A stretch of DNA of 64,000 nucleotides, from assembly GCA_050949565.1 (NCBI GenBank), contig JBMNFY010000017.1, positions 1,792,001-1,856,000 on the forward strand, in the 5' to 3' direction. The notes beneath the pieces are model-generated. The model was not told the DNA's origin. It did no database searches and saw nothing but the letters and a program-made list of their open reading frames with translations. This stretch comes from Kiritimatiellia bacterium (GTDB taxonomy: Bacteria; Verrucomicrobiota; Kiritimatiellia; RFP12; UBA1067). How positions within the stretch are numbered: position 1 is the stretch's first letter; each line of letters starts with the position of its first letter. Position numbers and translations under genes: made by a program. Below, one piece after another: positions 59,965 through 64,000 of this stretch.

Positions 59965-59990
59965 TTCACTCCCTCATTTCACATTCACTT

Positions 59991-60590
59991 ATGATCACGC
60001 TTCACCATCCTTTCACCGAAACTGCTGTGCGTGCGTTGTGCGCCGGAGAGGCTGTGCGCGTGTCGGGTCGCGTCTGCACGGGGCGCGACCGTCTGCACAA
60101 GCATCTGGCCGAAGGCGGCGCGTGTCCGGCCGACCTGCGCGACGGCGCACTCTTTCACTGCGGCCCGGTGGTCGTCCCGCTTTCGCCCGATCCTGCGCAA
60201 CCGTCAGATGGGCGCGGCGGTTGGCGCGTAGTGGCGGCCGGCCCCACCACCTCGATACGCGAAGAACCCTACATGGCGCGGGTGATCGAGCGGTTCGGCG
60301 TGCGTGTCGTGATCGGCAAGGGCGGCATGGGCGAAGCCACGCGCGCGGCATGTGCGCGGTTCGGTTGCGTCTACCTGCAGGCGGTGGGCGGTGCCGCCGC
60401 CTTGATCGCGCAACGCATCAAGCGCGTGGCGCAGGTGCATTTCCTTGAGGAGTTCGGTGCCACCGAAGCGCTCTGGGAACTGGATATCGAGGGCTTGGAG
60501 GCCGTGGTCGGGATTGATGCCAGCGGGCGCAGCCTATACGATGAAGTACGTGACGCCTCGGCTATGCGCTTGCGTCGGCTGCTGGGGTAG
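59991..60590 (+). CDS. Fumarate/tartrate hydratase beta subunit
   Basis: GRDRLH, HCGP, AGPTTS and GKGG motifs. Confidence 0.9.
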   Translation: MITLHHPFTETAVRALCAGEAVRVSGRVCTGRDRLHKHLAEGGACPADLRDGALFHCGPVVVPLSPDPAQPSDGRGGWRVVAAGPTTSIREEPYMARVIERFGVRVVIGKGGMGEATRAACARFGCVYLQAVGGAAALIAQRIKRVAQVHFLEEFGATEALWELDIEGLEAVVGIDASGRSLYDEVRDASAMRLRRLLG

Positions 60591-60609
60591 GGTGAGCCAA
60601 AACTTGGGG

Positions 60610-61440
60610 CTACGCTTTTTTCCTCGCACATTGACCGATCACCCAGACTTGCGCCTCCTTATGTTTCTTCCATGCCGTCTGGAGGATATCCCAAGCGATC
60701 ATAGCTTCTTCTTGGCTCCCCGTGCTGTATGCACCCGGCATCCTCTTGGGCAGGTTTTTGGCTTTGGAGAAGTACGCCTCAGCGTAGGGGTTCTGCTTCC
60801 TCGCGGCCGCAAGCGCTTCGGCGGCGCCGTCAGAGTCACCGGCCAGATAACGCTCAAGCACAAAGGCCCAGGCGAATGTTGCGGAAAACTCTCGCTCATC
60901 GTACTCGCGGAAGAGCCGGTTCGCACCCTCCAGGTTGTTCAACGCCAAGTAGAGCGCCATAAGCCCGTAGCGTATGCCAAGGTTGTCGTTCGGGCAGAGT
61001 TCGAGCATGCCTTCATGCTCGGTCACGGCCTCTTCCAGCCGCCCGGCCTGCACCAGACGTTGAGCCAGACGCGCCCGCGCCCGCATGTAGGGCCGCGTTT
61101 CCAGGAACCCCCAGAAGTGCCCCTTGAGTTCTTGGAACACCTTCTTGCCGAGGTTCTTCTCGCCTAACGCGACCAACTGGCGGAGAAACGCGATTTCCTC
61201 TTCACAGCCAAGCGGCTCGAAGTTCATCAGTCCCCGCCAGGCGTCTACGTTGCGCGGGTCAAGTTCAACGGCCTCGGTCAACAATGCGTAGGACTCGTCA
61301 CTGTCTGCCGTCTCCCAAGAGTCGAAGACCAGATCCGCCGCCTCCTTCACCTTGCGTTTTTTGACAGAGCCTATCAGCCGTTCCATTCGCTGCGGAAGTG
61401 ATTCTGAGTGGCCCTTTTGGTTTTTTTTGTTTGTGGTCAT
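60610..61440 (-). CDS. TPR-like hypothetical protein
   Basis: FWGFLETRPYMRA and PNDNLGIRY motifs; helical repeats. Confidence 0.7.
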   Translation of the reverse strand: MTTNKKNQKGHSESLPQRMERLIGSVKKRKVKEAADLVFDSWETADSDESYALLTEAVELDPRNVDAWRGLMNFEPLGCEEEIAFLRQLVALGEKNLGKKVFQELKGHFWGFLETRPYMRARARLAQRLVQAGRLEEAVTEHEGMLELCPNDNLGIRYGLMALYLALNNLEGANRLFREYDEREFSATFAWAFVLERYLAGDSDGAAEALAAARKQNPYAEAYFSKAKNLPKRMPGAYSTGSQEEAMIAWDILQTAWKKHKEAQVWVIGQCARKKA

Positions 61441-61449
61441 GTCATTCTC

Positions 61450-63438
61450 CTAGTCTGAAACCCCAACGGGGCTGATAAAGCCGAGAATCGCGGGATGCTC
61501 GAAAGGCACATCGATTTCAGCGGTGCCTTCTGCTCCGACCTGTTTACCGGTACGGAGATCGAAGAGCGGACGGCGCTCGCCGTATACGAAGGTCACGCGC
61601 ACGGCGTTGCGCTGCGTCGGCAAATTGTGCGCTGTCACATCGTCGCTGTGCTGTCCCTGCTGCCGCTGCTCCAATGCGAAGAGTTGCGACGAGCCCTCGC
61701 GAAAGCGATAGACGCAAACACCGCTACCGGGCGTGGTGATGCGGATTGCGGGTGGGGGCAGGGCGGTGACGAGTTGCGCGACTGTCTGCGTGCTTGCGGT
61801 GAAGAGCGGTTGCGTGCGCGGTGTGCCGTTGGCGTGGAAGACACCCGGTTCGCCGGTGTAGAGCAGGCGGTTGCCGGGTTTCTGCGCGAAGTCGCGCAGG
61901 GCATGCGCTTCGCGGTCGGAAAGCGCGAAGGCGTCGGGGAGCAGGCAAGTGTGAAAACCATCCGCCTCAAGCTTGCCGGCGGCGACCTCCTCGTAAGAGA
62001 CGAAGAGCGGCGACCAGCCGGCCTCGCGTAGGGCTTGCAACAAGTCGGTACGCAATGCGGCATGACGGTTGTGGCGTGCCTCGTAACTTGAGAAGCGGCG
62101 CGGCCAAGTCGCACCGTCCTCGAAGGATTCGAACAGCCAGGCGAGCTGAATCGAGGCGTGGGAGTAGTGGATGGCGATCGGGTCGTACAGCCGTTCGGCC
62201 CGCAACAGCCGACGCGCCAACGGCGTGTGCATCTCGCGTATGACTGGCGTCAACGCGCGTCCTTTGGCACTGAGCCGCAGCGCGGGGCCGTCGCCTTCGA
62301 GCAGGTCCTCGCTCCACCACAGAATTGCGCCGCTGTCGCCCTCAAGCAGCAGGTGCCAGAGGCGGCGCGAAACCGCTACCGGATCACTTTCACCGTACGT
62401 GGCGAATAGCGGTTTGCCACGCATGAACGATCCAAAGATCGCGCGTGCGGCGGTGATGTCGTAGGGCTCTACCCAGTCCAGCACACGCGACAGCTTCCAG
62501 AGATCATACCCGCCCCAAGCACTGGGCATCTGGGTGCCTTCGATGCCGACTGGCGTGACGGGGTCTACTGCACGCGCGGCGGTGCGTAGGTCGGCTAAAG
62601 TCTCGGCGAGTGTGTCATCCATGAAGGTGCGGAAGTCGCACCACGGCGCGAGGTGCCAGCGTTTGGGTTCCGCACGCACATGCTGTGGCGCGTATTGCAT
62701 GGCGCGCAGGGCGCGCCAATTCGGCTGTTGGTCCAGGGCCTCAATGCGACCGGCCAGCCGCGCCTTGATCTCATCGGTCGAAAAAGGGCGCACCTCCTCC
62801 CATGCGGCAAACGGTGTCAGCCACGCCGCGTTCAGGGCGTCCAGCGAAGGGTAGCGCTGCTGCAACCATAGTCGCAGGGCGGCGAGACTGGCCGGAGCGA
62901 AATCATAATCGAATGGATTGGCGGAGACGGTGACGGAGAGTTCGTCGCGGATGTCGTATAGCAGTGGGCTCCAAGGCGCGTGATGTGTAGCGGCGCGTTG
63001 CATGGCGGCGCGGGCACGGGCGCGCCAAGCCGGATCGGACAGACAGAAATCGCGCGTGAATGCCTCCGGGCTGCGCGTCTTCATCCACTGTGTGATGAAT
63101 GCGTTCCAGTCAGTGACGGATGATCGGAACTTCAGGCAGAGTCCGGGGCTGACGATATTCTCCACATAGTAATTGAAGCCCAGTGTACGCCACAGCGCGG
63201 GGTCTTCCGTCGGACCGGTCATCAACGAAGTCACGCCCAATTCATTACAAGCGCGGGCGAGTTCTTGCGTGCTGTCGCGGTTACGGGCCACCCTGTCACT
63301 GCACCACAGGATCACCTGATAGTTGCCATCGCCGAGACGCGCATGCGTCGGCCACGCCAGCAAGGCGCAACCAAACAGGATGAGTACCACCGTCATGCCT
63401 CGCATTGTCATGTGACGCATTTCTCCTTCTCGCCTCAT
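61450..63438 (-). CDS. Secreted GH42-like glycoside hydrolase
   Basis: DE motif, YPSLDALNAAW and DFRTFMD; C-terminal trimerisation-like domain. Confidence 0.7.
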   Translation of the reverse strand: MRREGEMRHMTMRGMTVVLILFGCALLAWPTHARLGDGNYQVILWCSDRVARNRDSTQELARACNELGVTSLMTGPTEDPALWRTLGFNYYVENIVSPGLCLKFRSSVTDWNAFITQWMKTRSPEAFTRDFCLSDPAWRARARAAMQRAATHHAPWSPLLYDIRDELSVTVSANPFDYDFAPASLAALRLWLQQRYPSLDALNAAWLTPFAAWEEVRPFSTDEIKARLAGRIEALDQQPNWRALRAMQYAPQHVRAEPKRWHLAPWCDFRTFMDDTLAETLADLRTAARAVDPVTPVGIEGTQMPSAWGGYDLWKLSRVLDWVEPYDITAARAIFGSFMRGKPLFATYGESDPVAVSRRLWHLLLEGDSGAILWWSEDLLEGDGPALRLSAKGRALTPVIREMHTPLARRLLRAERLYDPIAIHYSHASIQLAWLFESFEDGATWPRRFSSYEARHNRHAALRTDLLQALREAGWSPLFVSYEEVAAGKLEADGFHTCLLPDAFALSDREAHALRDFAQKPGNRLLYTGEPGVFHANGTPRTQPLFTASTQTVAQLVTALPPPAIRITTPGSGVCVYRFREGSSQLFALEQRQQGQHSDDVTAHNLPTQRNAVRVTFVYGERRPLFDLRTGKQVGAEGTAEIDVPFEHPAILGFISPVGVSD

Positions 63439-63573
63439 GGTGAGTCTGTTGAGCCGCTCATAATATCCAATACCGCGCGTAACGACAATTCGTAATCGGT
63501 TAGTCTATAAACCTAAAACGAAAGCGCCCCATCGTGACTTAGACGCATCGGCGTTATTCCAAGCTCGTTCGTG

Positions 63574-64000
63574 TCAAAGGATTCGGTGATGACTGCTGAT
63601 TCTGTCCCGTTCCTTGGGCGAGACATTGGCGCTTGCGGCAAAATCCGGCCACGCCATGAGTACATCGCCGATCTGCTTGAGAACTTTGGCCGCTGTGCCG
63701 ATGCCGAAGCGATCCGCCACGGCCAGCAGATCTTGGCGTGTGATGTCGGCAAACCTGCCGTTCACTGACATGAGATGCTGGCTCGTCCACTCGCCCTTTG
63801 GATTATGCGCGTGCGTTACATCGTATGCCGGGGCGAGTGTCCATCCCTCGTTCTCACGCAGCAGAAACGAGAAGTTTTTGGTATGGTCGTCGCAGTTGGC
63901 CGCCATCACGTTAAAGGCCATGCGTCGGAAGGCTTCTTCCTTCGCCTCGTAACCGAGCCTTAACTGGTCGATGGTCTGGAAAAGTTGATTGTAGTCGTGA
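63574..64000 (-). CDS. hipA: HipA family toxin, C-terminal part (runs off the window)
   Basis: NCDDHTKNFSF and LAPAYD motifs. Confidence 0.9.
   Translation of the reverse strand, partial: HDYNQLFQTIDQLRLGYEAKEEAFRRMAFNVMAANCDDHTKNFSFLLRENEGWTLAPAYDVTHAHNPKGEWTSQHLMSVNGRFADITRQDLLAVADRFGIGTAAKVLKQIGDVLMAWPDFAASANVSPKERDRISSHHRIL

Overview
GC-rich bacterial chromosome segment, probably from an anaerobic PVC-superphylum organism (Kiritimatiellae/Lentisphaerae-like). That assignment is inferred from gene content and the repeat families. The window holds housekeeping genes (recA, alaS, valS, purM, rpmH-rnpA-yidD-yidC, nfo, dtd, panD, sbcCD, tRNA-Cys), carbohydrate and lipid enzymes, and a few accessory genes (vsr, DUF4143 ATPase, ADP-ribosylglycohydrolase, hipA). 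The most striking signal is non-coding. Most longer intergenic regions are patchworks of recurring REP-like palindromes, short-tandem-repeat modules and small inverted-repeat (MITE-like) elements. These modules have entered coding sequence. A 97-101 bp inverted-repeat element sits in frame, in the same frame, inside both sbcD and the fumarate hydratase alpha subunit. Repeat modules also form the predicted N-termini of four exported proteins. Other notable items are an unannotated 31-aa basic ORF just upstream of tRNA-Cys, a 49-aa precursor-like peptide beside an HprK-like kinase, a 4x163-bp higher-order tandem array, and a single gene bounded by 24-bp direct repeats. Four genes carry +1 frameshifts, probably sequencing errors.
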